Source of the DNA: the human T2T-CHM13v2.0 reference genome, Homo sapiens
Assembly (NCBI RefSeq): GCF_009914755.1
Contig: NC_060934.1
Reading direction: 5' to 3' (one strand)
DNA length: 64,000 bases
This document shows, piece by piece, positions 13,560 to 27,078 of the stretch (position 1 is its first letter; each line of letters opens with the position of its first letter). A program made the position numbers and the translations under genes. The notes beneath the pieces are model-generated. The model was not told where the DNA came from and did no database searches. It saw nothing but the letters and a program-made list of their open reading frames with translations.

Positions 13560-15039
13560 AATATTATTAAATTATGAAGCATGCTTTAAATTATACCAAA
13601 AATATTTGTAATAGAAAAGGGACTGAACTAAAGGGACAACATATGAACTTGTTGATTGAAATAATGGTCAGTACTTTTCTTCTTTGTGTATGATTCATTA
13701 ATTTAAAGAAAAACACATTTTAAGTAAGGAAACAAAGTGGAGAGGGAGAGGGAAATAGAAAATTCTAGGCAGCAAAGAGAGACTGAGTAAAGGCAGGGAG
13801 ACTTGAGTTTGTTCCAGTGGCAGGAATGTAACACATAGGTAAAGCGAGAGGCAGAGTCAAGGGCTGTTGGGGAGAGGCAGGCCAGGTCCATGGAGCACCA
13901 CGTTCCACCATGGAAAGGTTGAAACAGGGAAACACTCTACTCCCCCAGCCCATGTGTGTTCTTTCCATCACTAGAGATTTAAGGTGTTCCTCTTGAAGCC
14001 AGCAAGAGAGGAAAAAGTCCAGTTCATGTAGGATTGTCCAAGCTGACCTGGGTGGGATTCAGGATGGGGAAGGGGCTCTGAGCCACGTAGGAGGAGAGCA
14101 GGAGGGCCCAGGTTCGGGGAAGGGAGATCCTCATGACAACACGCAGACCTCCCACCATGGCCAGGGACCACTGGCTGGAGCAGGGGATCTTCCCCTCCTG
14201 TCCAAGTGCTGCTGGCCACAACTCGCCTGATAGAGAGTCACTCTTGAAGGTGGAAGAGGAAGAAAGGAAGGCTCATCAAACACTCAGTGAGCAGAGAAGG
14301 CGAAGCCATCCACTGGAAGCAGCGCACATATCCCAGCTGGCTGCAGGACTGAATCTGTCATCTGGAGATGAGATCACGGGAAGATCTGAGCCTGCCAACT
14401 TGGGCATGGAGGGATGGGGTGGAGAGGAAGGAAGGCCTCTTAGCAAAGGTGGCTCTTGCTTGAGAAAGCATGGAGGCCCTCCTTTTCTTATTTATAAACC
14501 CAAAGATCATCCATTTTCTATAAGGCTTTTCCAACCCTAAAAATCCTAAAACTTGTCCAAGAAGCCCTTCACAGGTACCCATCCGTTTTCATTTCACAGT
14601 CCATTTTTGGTCACATGAGATAACTATAGGACACTTAGGTAATAGTAAGAGGAAGGTGAACAGGAACCATTTTCAGGAAAATAAAGTGTTCTCCCCCATC
14701 ACTCACCCCAGTGAAATCTAATTATTTTTACTCCCCCATAATCTTTACTATTCAAAAGGTAAAATAGAAAAATAATTAATTTTATTAGCAAAATTTACTA
14801 GATTAATACAACTGAGAACTCCACATAAAATGTTAGCATTAAATATTAAGATATATTAATAAAATAGTAGATTAAGAAGCCTAATATTTAATACAACACA
14901 TTCATTGGGGGAATTGCATCAGTTTAAGCACAAAAGAGAAAAGAGAAGATTCTAGTGACCTTTAGAAAGCACAATGGCCACGGTCACCAGCTGGAGGCTG
15001 GGCTCATCGGAAAGCAGAGAAGGATCTCCAGCAGTCAGG

Positions 15040-15445
15040 TTCTGGCAGATGCAGGCAGAAGGTCTCCTTGAAGTACTGTTTACCAAGCCAGCGGCAGAGT
15101 GAGGAAGTGAGCAAGGAATGGTGAAGCCCTGGGAACTAGTAGCAGCAGGAAGCTGTTGCCAACCTGGGCCTGGTAAAGGCACAGACAGTGGTGCCAGCCC
15201 AGTGAGGGCTTTGGCCACTGAGAAGGGCTTTAGGGAATGCATGGTAAGATTCTGTCCCTGCCCAGTCCACAGCCTCTCAAGAAAGGCACCAGGAGAGTCC
15301 ACATCTTGATCTCTCTCTCCTCTTTCTTTAGAGCTCCTGCCAGCTCCTCCCATGGCCCACACCCTCTGGAAGCCAGAGGGCAAGAGAGGCCAGGATGCCA
15401 GCCCCACAGAGCACAAAGCATGGTGGGCAGATGTGGGGAAGGCAC
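15040..15445. mobile_element. Old ERVL-class solo LTR (LTR33/LTR41-like)
   Basis: CTCCTCCCATGGCC..CTGGAAGCCAGAGGGCAAG motif typical of these LTRs. Confidence 0.5.
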
Positions 15446-15944
15446 CAGCTGGGGTGGGGTTTCACTTTCTCATTGATGACAAATAGATCATATTTGCATT
15501 TGCCAGCGCTTCATGCAGATTACCTACATCAGAGTGAGAGGCAGCTGGAAGAAGTGCAATGCATTGAGAAACCTCTAGAAAGAGACACCAGTGCTGGAAC
15601 AGGACGAACCTCAAGTGCAGGTCAGTGCAGTGCGGGTCAGTTGCAAATTTGCCTTAGCCACTGCACCATCCGCCAATCTCTGCCGACCCTGTCCTCCCAT
15701 GGAAAGCAGAGGAAGGGCCCTCAGTGCTGTGCACAGGGAGAAGGTCGAAACCATGTTCTGGTGATGGCCTAATGCCTGGTGGCCTTTGGGAAAACCATTC
15801 CTGCTAGGTCTGTGACCTCATCTGAGAAATACAGGTATAGGTGGGTGGCTTCTAAGGCCCCTTGTACTCTTTGTGCTTCGTTACATGATGTACACAGGCA
15901 ATGTTGTAGCTTCATGGACACATGCAGCATGCATGTCTTCAATG

Positions 15945-16085
15945 CAGGTAATTCTCAACAAGGGACATTTTTGCTCCACGGCTCCATCCTGGGGGTCATT
16001 AGGCAATATTTGGAAACACATTTAATTGTTCTAACTGGGTAGGCCAGGGTTGCTACTAAATATCTTACAATGCCCATAACAACAA
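15945..16085 (+). mobile_element. MER20 fragment
   Basis: TTCTCAACAAGGGACATTTTTGC..GGCAATATTTGGAAACA..GGCCAGGGTTGCTACTAAATATCTTACAATGC. Confidence 0.65.
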
Positions 16086-16185
16086 GTGACATTGGAAGAA
16101 TAAATAAGATGAATTGAAACTCAGGTCAGGGGACTTAACAGTAGCTGCAACTCAGACAACGTCAGTGACATAAACAAACAATCAA

Positions 16186-16255
16186 AGGATAGATGAAAGA
16201 ATGAAAGGATGGATGGATGGATGGATGGATGGATGGATGGATGAAAGGATGGCTG
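16186..16255. repeat. (GGAT)n microsatellite
   Basis: Direct inspection. Confidence 0.95.
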
Positions 16256-16899
16256 GCTAGCTGCTGGGCCCAGCAAAGTGCCAGGCAGAGGGAGATCTTT
16301 AAATATTTGTCCACTGGTGAATAATGTGCCATAACATTTTATCTGTTGTTAAAAAAGTGATATGGCTAAGATTGCTTCTATATATTTTTTCATATGTGAG
16401 TGCATCCTTCTTCAGGAGATCCCATAGGATGAAAAATCTTACAAACGTGTACTTTCCAAGTGTTATTGTTTTACGAAAGGACTCACCATTGGCAATTCAT
16501 TCTCTAACTCTCAAATCTGTTGGAAGCGTAGTCAATTTATGACATTGTTCTCTTCACTAGAAACATGTCCATAGCCTAAAGTGAGATACACGTGTATTGA
16601 GTTTATGCAGTTGAACTATAAAACTTAATTGAACTCTTGGATAACCAAATGAAAGAGAGTAAAATGATTTTTTAAGTTGGATTTGAATTCGAAATGTATT
16701 AAATACAAAAGCTTGCCATGATTTTTAAACAGTATATTTTTTAAAAATGCACTTAAAATATGTTTATCTGTAGGAGATATACTAAAATGTTGCAAAGTGA
16801 TTGAACAAATATTTCAGATGACATCCTAAGTATTTTTGTGGCTTTAATAACAAGATAAAGAATCACACACCTTGAAGGTTATGTCATCCACAAACATTG

Positions 16900-17340
16900 C
16901 TTCATAAGCTAAATATCACAGTTAGTTTTTAACACAATTGCCCTTGGTACACAAAACCAGTCATGTATGTTTTAATGCTGCCAGCCCAACATTTTATGGC
17001 AGATGTGAAAAATTGTATTTAAATTAGAAATGCTAAAATTAATATTTATTGACTTGGTGTTTCATTATCATTAGAAATTAGTTTGTTCTTGGGTAAACAG
17101 TTCATAGCAAGATATAAATATGTTCCATTGACCTATTAACTGGCCCAATATATTACGGAGTTATTGACGGCAGCAGTAAAATTTATTAACAGCCATTAAA
17201 CCTTGAAACATACTTGATAGGACTCTCTCCCTGGAATACCAGGATTAGGGGTGGGTATTTTTTAGGATAATCTGCTGCTGATATTGAATTCTTCCAAGAT
17301 TTTAATATATTGTCTAAGTTTATGAGTCATAAAATAAACC
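16900..17340. promoter_or_regulatory. Candidate developmental enhancer (HOX/CDX, FOX, AP-1 motifs)
   Basis: Repeat-free AT-rich block with TTTTATGG (16992), TTTATTGAC (17045), GTAAACA (17093), TTATTGAC (17161) and the palindrome TTTATGAGTCATAAA (17319-17333). Confidence 0.4.
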
Positions 17341-18035
17341 TAGAGCTTACAAAAATTTACATGACAATATTATTTTTTTAAAAAGGGCATGTAAATTTTA
17401 GTACAGTACAAATGATGGTATAAACCACTAGAACACATAAAAAAAGTTCCCCAAACTGCATTAAAGCAGTATTTAGGGTCTAATTTCAGCACACAAAGCC
17501 CACAGACTGGCAGGGTAGGCCAGCAGGCATAGAGGACTTCCGGTAATTACTGTGGCATATTTCCAACCAAGCAAATCCACAGAAGAAACACAGTCGGCAT
17601 CCAGACTGGGTGACCAGATACACACCGGGTCCAGTAAGTGTCATCAGATGTTTTTTTGGGAGGGCAAGACCCAAAGTTTGTAACTGTCCAGATGCAAACT
17701 TTCCAGAGATCAGTATCAGAGCATCAGCATCAGAGCCATGTCTGAGGCCTGGGCTTTTTGCTTGAACCATGTGAAGAATGGCCCTTGGTAAGCTCCATGG
17801 CACTCTGCAAAGCATCTCTTCCAGATGCCATCTGCCTGTCCTCAGCTGCCGAGCAACAGACAAGTGGATGCCTATGTTGATGCCTCAGCCATCGTGCCTC
17901 TGGGCAGCCACAGACAGAGGCATTTCCCCAGGCCTCCAGCCTGAGAAGCTCCACAAAGTCCATTACTGCTGTTGCCCCTGCAAAGTCAAAGCCAAGGTCC
18001 CCTCTGGTCCTGCATCACCTGCACTACCTTAGGCT

Positions 18036-18350
18036 GGATATCAACGTCTTGGGTCTGCCATAGCAAAGTGCACAAGATAAGTGGCTTAAAACAGCAGAAA
18101 TTTATTCCCCAACAGTTCTGGAGGTCAGAAGTTCAAAATCAAAGTGTTGGCAGGTTCGTGCTCTCTCTGAAGACTCCAGGGTAAGAGTTGTTGCTCTGCA
18201 TCTTCCAGCTTGGCTTTCTTGTCTGTGGCTGTGCCATTCCAATCTCTGCCTCCACCTTCACAGCGCCATCTCCTCTTCTATCTGTGTCAGATCTCTTTTT
18301 GTCTTTCTCCTATACTTGTTATTGGAATTAGGGTCCATCTAGATAATCCA
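18036..18350 (-). mobile_element. MLT1C/D MaLR LTR (partial)
   Basis: GTGGCTTAAAACAGCAGAAATTTATT..CAGTTCTGGAGG..AAATCAAAGTGTTGGCAGG. Confidence 0.8.
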
Positions 18351-18893
<543 letters not shown>

Positions 18894-18910
18894 TTAGTGT
18901 GCATGGGCAT

Positions 18911-19391
18911 TGTGGCCGGCAGAATACGGGCTCTCCGAAAGCTATGAGATCCTAATCTCTGGGTCCTAGGAATGTTACTTTACGTGGCAAAGATTTAGCA
19001 GCTGTGATTAAGTTAAGGATCTTGAGATGGGGGGATTACCCTGGATCATCTGGATGGGCCATAAATACAACCACAAAGGTCTGGAGAAGAGGGGGCAGCA
19101 GGAGCTTTGACATGGACAGGAGAGGAAAAGTCCCCGTGAGGACAGAGGCAGAGACAGGAGTGATGTGGCCATAACCTGAGGAACACCAGAGCCACCAGGA
19201 CCTGGGAGAGGCAAGCAAGGATCCTCCTCTAGAGCCTTCAGAGGGAGCATGGCCCTGCTGGCATCTGGATTTCAGCCCAGTGACACTATTGTCACAATTC
19301 TAGTCTCCAGAACTTGATAGAATACTTTTCTGTGTTTTAAAATTACCCAGTTTGTTGTAATTTGTTACAGCAACTGCAGGAAATGAATACA
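18911..19391 (+). mobile_element. MLT1C/D solo LTR, near full length
   Basis: TGTGGCCGGCAGAAT..GTGATTAAGTTAAGGATCTTGAGATGG..CCTCTAGAGCCTTCAGAGGGAGC..TTTGTTACAGCA..GGAAATGAATACA. Confidence 0.88.
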
Positions 19392-19930
19392 CACACACGT
19401 ACACACACACACACGCCCCCACACATATATACACATACACACTTAAACACACACACATATGTGCATGTATACATAGACATGCACATAGATACATATACCC
19501 ACACAAATGCACACATACACACATGCACATACACGAATACACATATGCACACACATATACACACATGCATACACATACATATACACATAAACACATGCAC
19601 ATGTGCACATATAGGCACACATACACACCCATGCACACAAACATGCATACATATGGACATACATATTCACGCATATGCACACATGCACATCCACACATAT
19701 GAACGTACGTATACACACCTTGGAATTAGGGTCCATCTAAATAATCCAGGATGGTTAATTTTATATGCTAATTTAGGCGGGACGTGGTGCACACACATGC
19801 ACATACACATATATGGACATACATATACACATATATGCACACACATGCACACAGACATACATATACACACATGCACATATGCACATATGCACATACACAC
19901 ATATGCACATACACATGTATATCTATGTGT
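19390..19930. repeat. Complex (CA/TA/TG)n purine-pyrimidine simple repeat
   Basis: ~540 bp of degenerate CACATATGCACA repeats, interrupted at 19720-19790. Confidence 0.95.
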
Positions 19931-20615
19931 ATCTGAGTATTTCTTTATGTTACTTTTTTTCAGAGTTTCCTCCCAACAGTGAAGAGAACTCAGCAGTGAG
20001 CCTCTGTGGAGAAGGGGGCATTTAAGCTGGGCCCCAGACTCAGCAGAGGGAATTCTGGAGCAAAAGTGCCAAGGAGGGTGCAAGCTTGGCTCTGCAGGAA
20101 CTGGGGCCATGTGACAGCAGTCTTTCTCCAATAGGATGCCCATAGCCACTATCCAGCCTGAGGTAAGGGGTGATGTGGCCAGGCACCTCACCAGTCCCCC
20201 AGTCACAGGCCCCACGAGGTCACCCCAGCCTCTGTCTTTGGAGACCTGAGAGCCTTTCACCCTGGGCAGACTTCCTGAGGGTGGTGACATTTGGCCTTAG
20301 CTATCGACTCTATGGCCTTCACTCTCCTGGTCTTTGCCCTTCCCTTGACAATGATCTTGGCATAGGACTCTGAGATGTTTATTGCCAAAATGTAAAAGCT
20401 GCTTTGATTAGGTCATGAGTATCTTTGGTTTTGCCTCAAATATCCCTGCCTTTTTCTTCCTTTGGCTACCAAAAGTTGCCAAAGCAAACGCTCTTCTGCT
20501 ATGTGCACTTTCACACTTTGGGAAATGGAATCTACTGAATTGTTTTGGTACCAGGACTCAGCAAGTTTAGGGTGAAACTGGTGACAAAGGGCAGTGGCTT
20601 GTCCCTGCAAGCAGG

Positions 20616-20627
20616 AGGTCAAGGTCA
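20616..20627 (+). promoter_or_regulatory. Perfect nuclear-receptor DR0 motif
   Basis: AGGTCAAGGTCA, which contains TCAAGGTCA (ESRR/NR5A/NR6A1 site). Confidence 0.35.
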
Positions 20628-20849
20628 AAGCCATCGCCCCTCTAGATCTCTTAAAGCTCTTTGCACATGGAGGGCCCCGCCTCATACTGGTCTATTTAAA
20701 TCCGTGGATGGATTTGTTCCATGTTTCTCCTGCCACCAGTTGAGCTCACTATAGACCATGGTCAACTTCCCCAGAATTGGACTTAGACTTTCTATTACAA
20801 ATGTCCCCACTCCGGGTTATTTTCTGGTCTTAAAAAAAAAAAAAATCCC

Positions 20850-21280
20850 AGCTGAGAATCAGGGTCCTGGCAGGAAACAGATGACACTCTCTGACAGAAT
20901 AATCCAAGGACAGCTTATTTACCAATGACCTAACTACAGGCGTGTAAAGGCAGTAGGGATATCGCCAGGGCTTCCTACAATGGAGTTATATCTGCTCTGG
21001 GCCCAAAGGGACATGGAGAGGAAGTGGTGGTCAGAACTGGGGAGGGGTAGAGCAGGGCAGGACAGACTTACCTTGAGGGGAGCACGGATCACCTGTTGGG
21101 GGACATAGCCAGCCCTAGGGGCCTCAGAGGGAGAGTAATTTGATTCTACTTTCCAGTAGCCCTCTTTCTGTTTCTTCCATGGGGATCCTTGTGGGTTGAA
21201 CCAGTGGATAAAAATTCCAAGCTGAGAACAAGGTTGAGAAGGATAAAGGGAGGACCCACCGTGGCCAACGGAGGACCTTC
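20850..21280. mobile_element. Old ERVL-class LTR (LTR33/41-like)
   Basis: TCAGGGTCCTGGCAGGAAACAGATGACACTC terminus. Confidence 0.5.
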
Positions 21281-21813
21281 AGCGTGAACTGTAACCAGTG
21301 CTATTTCTGCCCCATCTCCCCAAAATAATGTCTAGCTACTTAAAGATAGAAAACAACATAGAAAAAGATAATGATGACAAAGGCAGCAGGAGGAAGGATG
21401 TGTGTTGGTAAGGAAGATAATGTAGATTCTGGCATCCACCATCATTTGGAGGAAGTTCAACAAAAACAAAAAGGACAACACAATGGTTTATACATCCTTC
21501 CCCTTGAAAGAGTCAGGACACCTTATTTCTCATGAGGAGCCTTCAAAACAAGACACTGAGCAAAAAAGTTGTTGCTGTCAGGAGCAACTAGTTGCAATGA
21601 ATCCACAGTGCTGTCTCATGCCTGTGTTTTACCTTTCATACTGGCTGGAGAGTTGGCCCTGAAACACAGCTCAGTAAAGGTGAAATATACAAATTTTTCT
21701 TTGGCTCCCAGATTGTTGGGTAGAATTCACTCTAAGGACGAGCTATCTAACCATGTCTCTGCTGTTTTGCTTATTAGATATCATCTTGCTCTTATTGGCT
21801 TTGGCTAGGAGGT

Positions 21814-22195
21814 TGTATTAGTCAGTGTTCTCCAGAGAAACAGAATCAATAGGGTATGTACATATGTACAAAGAGAGAAAAAGAAAGATGTTTATTTTAA
21901 GAAATTGGCTCACACAATTATGGGTGCTGCTAAGTTCAAATGTGCAGTGTTGGCCAGCAGACCAGAGACTCAGTAGGGCAAACAGTGGGGATGCAGTTCC
22001 AGTGTGAGGGCAATCTGCTAGAGAATTCCCTTTTGCTTAGGGAGGGCAGTCTTTGTGTTCCATCCAGGCCTTTGAGTGATTGGATGAAGCCCACCCACAT
22101 TGGAGAAGGAAATCTGCTTTACTCAGTGTTCACTAAATTACATGTTAATCTCATCCAAAAACACTGTCAACGTTGATGCATACAATTAGTCATCA
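21814..22195 (-). mobile_element. MLT2 (ERVL) solo LTR
   Basis: TGTATTAGTCAGTGTTCTCCAGAGAAACAGAA..GAAATTGGCTCACACAATTATGG..GTTAATCTCATCCAAAAACAC. Confidence 0.85.
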
Positions 22196-22949
22196 GAGAA
22201 GCAGAGCTGAGATTTCAGGTGTATACCAAGATGACAGTCTGTTGTGATACTCTTATGGACAACTGTGAGAATTCAGACAGATCCACATCCTTTGGAAGTC
22301 AGAAGAAGAAACGGTGTGGGTGGCAATCTAACATGAAATTTAAGTAGCATGATGCTATCACTGGCCCTTTTCTCCCGGAGATGGCTTACAGCCATCTCTA
22401 ACTTTGGTCACTGCCACACTGAGGCAACACTCTCCTGGCCACCAGTTTGCCCCACTTGGCTCAGCAGCACTGAGACAGTACTCTCTCTAGCCACTAGTTT
22501 GCACAGATGCTCTGGAGACCTGGTCCCATTAAAATCTTCCCTGGATCTTTAAGTCATAGCAACATGACCAAAAACAAACAGGTAAGATAATATTCCCGAA
22601 GAGTTGTCAGTGTTATCACCAACCCAGACAACTCGCACCCTAACCCACAGCCTTTAAGGTGAGCAACATAAGGAGATGAATTTCTTGTATTTCTCAATTT
22701 ATTCAAGCGTCAACTTCAGTAAAAGATTGTGACATACCAAAAGGACTTCCCTGAAACCTTTAAATACTGTGGTTTTAAGGGTTCTACAGACTGATGGAGT
22801 CCATGAAATGGCTGAAAATCATCAAGGCTGACTTTGAATCCCCCTGGAGACCAGTAGCCTTAGAATTTTGCTTCTTCTTCTCTGCTCTCGGGGGACCCCA
22901 AAGACCCCAGGCCTGGGCCTTCTGAGAACAGGAAGGTGATGTCTGCACA

Positions 22950-23460
22950 GCACCAAGTCAATAAGTGTGTTGATAGTTTATTGGTGAATGTTGGCTGTGG
23001 AGAATGAATCCGAATCACTTAGGTCAAAAGATGACTAATTCCAAACACTTTTGCTCTATGCCTGTTTTTATGGTGGCCACTCTTTGCTCTCAAACAGGGC
23101 TCAGAAGAAGAGTGCCAACAAGTTTCTCCACAGAGGGGCACTGGCTGGCATCCCTGTAATACGCGGTTTGTAGAGAATGAAAGCAGCTTTGGTTTTCTTT
23201 TGTACGAGTGCACCCAGTTACCGGCATGACACTATGGTTTCCTCGCTCGGCTTTGAAATATAGTAAACTCACAAAAGCTACTGTCGAGTTCAGAACAAAC
23301 ACAGGGGGTATGTTTAGTTATTTGTTTTTGTAGTAAAATAAAATATTTATTATACGCAGACACCTACTGTGAACAGAGGGGGAGGCCACTGTGTTTTATC
23401 TTGCCGGTGTCATGTTTGACTTCCATTAGGGATGGATTATAGACCTGTGGGTTTTCATGA
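22950..23460. promoter_or_regulatory. Candidate enhancer (FOX/GATA/AP-1/nuclear-receptor half-site cluster)
   Basis: Repeat-free, with retained CpGs. Motifs: AGGTCA, TGACTAA, AGAACAAACA, TGTTTAG, TATTTGTTT, TTATCT, TGTTTGAC. Confidence 0.35.
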
Positions 23461-26400
23461 ATTCAGAAAGTCCACTTTGAACACTGATTTCAAAGCCTAC
23501 AGGGGGTGTGAGGAATGTGAGAACACAGCTTTGGAGGAAGGAACCTGTTGCATCGAGCAAGCACCTTGTGTTTGATAAGGCAGAATGGAGGTTCCCTGGG
23601 AGAGAGAGAGGCCAGGATGCTTTTCCCTTAATAAGACGACTTTAAAGGAAGCTTTCCTATTGTTTCCTCCACACTTTCCTCAAGGTGTACACAATTAATT
23701 CAGTCTTGGAATCCTGAGAAAATAACCACTGTATCAGTCCGCTAAGCCTTCTCCGTCTCTCTAACTTATCACAGGGAATCTGAAAGTATTCTAAATCATC
23801 AGGGGCTCCTGGCTTCATGCTTCCACGCTCTCTGGGCTAGCTTCTCACTCTGGCACGCGTGCAGGAGCCTGCACCCACTCTGTAGGCTTTTGCACCTACA
23901 GAGAAGGGGGCCAAAATGAAGAGGATGCCACCCTTGGCATGCATCTAGGGTCCAATCACGCCTGAGTTCCACGCCTAAAAAGACTTTGACAAAAAGGAAT
24001 GTGTCTGAGGGAGGGTGTCCCTGATGAGAGAGGGTAGGTGACCAGTCCCCTGAGGCAAAGCGGAAAGAACCCAGGACATTCATCCTGGAGAAGGAAAGAG
24101 TTGGGCTAAATCCTGTTGACACCCTGAAGAATGTGCAAATCTATCTTCTCATGGAAGAAAGCCTGAGTTTGGATGGTGGGTGAGGATTTCACAGAGTTGG
24201 CTTTTGGGGTCATCAGAAAGAAAGTTCTAACAGCCTTCTCAGGAAACCAGGAGCTATGCATCATTGCAAGATTGGGATTCCTTGGTAGAGCAGATGTAGA
24301 AGGCAGGAGGGTTGGGTTAACAATTGGAACAGCCACGGGACCAGACGATTCCCTGGTCCAGTAGTGGAGAAGTCATCTCCAAGGCAACTTTATAGAAAAA
24401 AAGGAATGTATCAAATGGAATGTATGAAAATATGCCGAGGGACTCCTCTGCTCGCATCAGCCTTCCAAGAAGATGGAGGAACTCTCTGGTCCTCGCCTGA
24501 ACTAGAACCAAGGGACACATCTTGTGTTTCTTTTTGCCCTGGTGAGATGTCCATGACTGGATCCACTCACACCTGGACACTGCTGTGATGATCCTAGCAT
24601 GCATCCTCCCTTTACCTTTACCTCTGGAGAGGAAGACCCAGAGAGCATGACCCAGACCAGACAATTTTGCTTTTTCTAAGCAATACAAACCACCTGAATA
24701 AGAATATGGACCTACTTCAAGTTATATTTCATATTTTTTTCACCACATTCAGGAGCAATAAGGAGAATCAGCAACTGTGAATCAGGAGTCTGGCTGGGGA
24801 GAAAGGCTCCAGCCTGGGCTTAGCGTTGACTGTGTAAGTGGTTTTCAAGCCACTTAGTGCCAATGGCTCTTTGTGCCAGCAAGGATGTCCTGTTAGATGC
24901 TTAATTTAGATTTTAAGAAAAGCAATCCCTTAAGGTTTTAGGATGCAGTCACTTAGTTATTTTTTTCCTTTTGCTCCCCACTGTTCTTTGTCATGCAGAT
25001 TCAGGAAACCTGGGCTCTGCCTCAGGATACCTCTATGTTTGGAAGCCCCCACCCCTGCCCCCATTCTGCCATTCTGGTGGTAGTGAAGAGTGAGAACTTC
25101 TGCCCTACGCTGGGCGTTTGGGGAGCTGTGCTAGGTCACAGTCTGTCATTCCACACTTTGGGGCTTTTCACACTTGGGCATCCTTAATCACCAAGTCAGA
25201 AGGAAAACGGGCCTGTGAAACGTCCACTTGACCAAGACCCCCTTCCATCACGGGTTTCCCAGAGGCAGAGGATGCGATTTGCAGGCAGCCCCAGTGGTCA
25301 GCTCACAGCCTGGCCTGCAGGGGGAAATCAATGCGTCAAAACTGAGCTATATTGCCAGAGCCTGTCAGGCATTTTTGAGCTTGCTAACGTGAGACCCTAT
25401 GCTTATGTTTACCTTTATAATTTTTACATTTCTTAGACTTTAATGGTAGCTCTTATTTGTTTATTCAGCCATTCAACAAACACTGAGCACAAGCAAGACA
25501 GAAGAGCTCTCAGCTCCTCCACATTCAATACAACAAGTCAAATGTGAGCGTGGGTGTGTCTTCACTGCTTCCCGGCAGGAATCCTAGCTGCCTGGGATCC
25601 AGGAAGCCTTTTTCCAAAACCTCACTCTCCAATCCTGAGCCTGTCCAATATGTGCCCATCTCCTGCCTGATTTGCACCCGCCTGGCTTCAGAGTGCCCAT
25701 CAATTGTGTTTCAATGCATCACCTTTCCTGTTACTCCTCAGCTACTGCCAAGGCATGAGGTCTCAGCACACTTGACTACATCACAGCAGGGTGCTTGGCC
25801 ATGCACTCAGCAAATGTGCCCAAAGGGTGGTTCCCTAGCAAGTCAACTGTCTGTGCATCTTGTGAAATATTTGCTGCTGGCTCCTGATTCTTCTGGAATC
25901 CTTTTCTGGATGCTGTGGATTACCTAGCAGCCAGGCTTGGCATGGGTTCTGGAGCAGGAATCCCTGAGGCAGATTAATTATGGACTTCTGAGCAGGGGAT
26001 ATTGATATCGTTGATATCCAGGAACAGTTTGTGTGTGGCTTCCAACCAAGCTGCAGCTAGCTTATGAGAAGAAGCAAGATTATCACCGAAGAGAGTCATG
26101 AGACTGTGGGTCTGCAAGTTGGCGCATTGTCTGGATCACTGTCCAGCTTCAGTGATAGCTGGACTGTGGCCCCAGAGCAGCTCAGGAAATCACCATGTGG
26201 AAGTTGCTGGAACAACCATAGCCACTCTGAAACCTTCACACTTGACCCTTAGAATACTTGGACCAGCTTCTGAAAGGTACATTTGGAAGGCCAAAAGGAA
26301 GGAGAAAGAGAGGAGAGGCATGGCCGGCTCCCAGGGATGAGAGCTCATCTATCTTGAGGTTTTTCTTCAATCTCCAAGGCCATGTAGAAGTGACTTGGGC

Positions 26401-26854
26401 ACAAAGGGGTCACTCCACTCCCTTCCACCTTTCCTTGCTCCTCTTTCTAATCTGCTCTCTTTTCTTCCTAAAGTACATCATGAAAACCTGCTGCGTTTGC
26501 ACTGAGACTCTCTTATTAACAGACTTGTTTTTGCCGTGGTAGTAGAAGCAGCATTATAAGAAACCATTTAACAGCCAATTCTTTCAGATTCGCAGAGAGA
26601 TGCACACAGTGCTGCTCACTCTTCTGAGAAAAGCTTGAAAAGAACTTGAACTTTGCTAAAGCCTGAACAGTTTGCCCTGTGTGCTGTAGAAAGTTGCAAT
26701 ATCATCACTGGAAAGTTGAATTTCCTGGTTTTCCTTATCCATGCGTCAAATACATGCTATAATGTACTCCATAAGAGTGTCTTAGAATGTTTTTAAAAGT
26801 ATTTGGGGGATCTGTTTTTTTCTTGATGGAAGTGCTATCTAAAATGGTGTTCTT

Positions 26855-27078
26855 GGCGAGGCAAGGTGGGGCACACTTTTAATCTCAGCAGTTTGAGAGA
26901 ACAACATGGGAGGCTCAACACCATTTGAGCCCAGGAGTTTGAGACCAGACTGGGCAACATAACCCACGGAGGATCATTTGAGCCCAGGCTGGTCTCAAAT
27001 TCGTGGGCTCAAATGATCTTCCTGCCCATAGACCCCCTCTAAAAATAAATAAGTAAATAAATGTGTGATTAAATAAAT
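26855..27078 (+). mobile_element. FLAM/AluJ monomer with internal rearrangement
   Basis: Left-monomer sequence plus TAAA tail. TSD AAAATGGT(G/A)T(T/C)CTT at 26841-26854 and 27079-27092. Confidence 0.85.

Noticed and set aside
14133-14540. 135-aa ATG-initiated ORF
   Set aside because: No family resemblance and no supporting splice or promoter context. Compatible with a chance ORF.
19300-20290. Long ORFs of 100-207 aa rich in H/T/C/V/Y/M
   Set aside because: Translations of the CA/TA simple repeat, which lacks stop codons in several frames.
23126-23145. CTCF-like motif CCACAGAGGGGCACT
   Set aside because: Three mismatches in the core; too weak to call without data.
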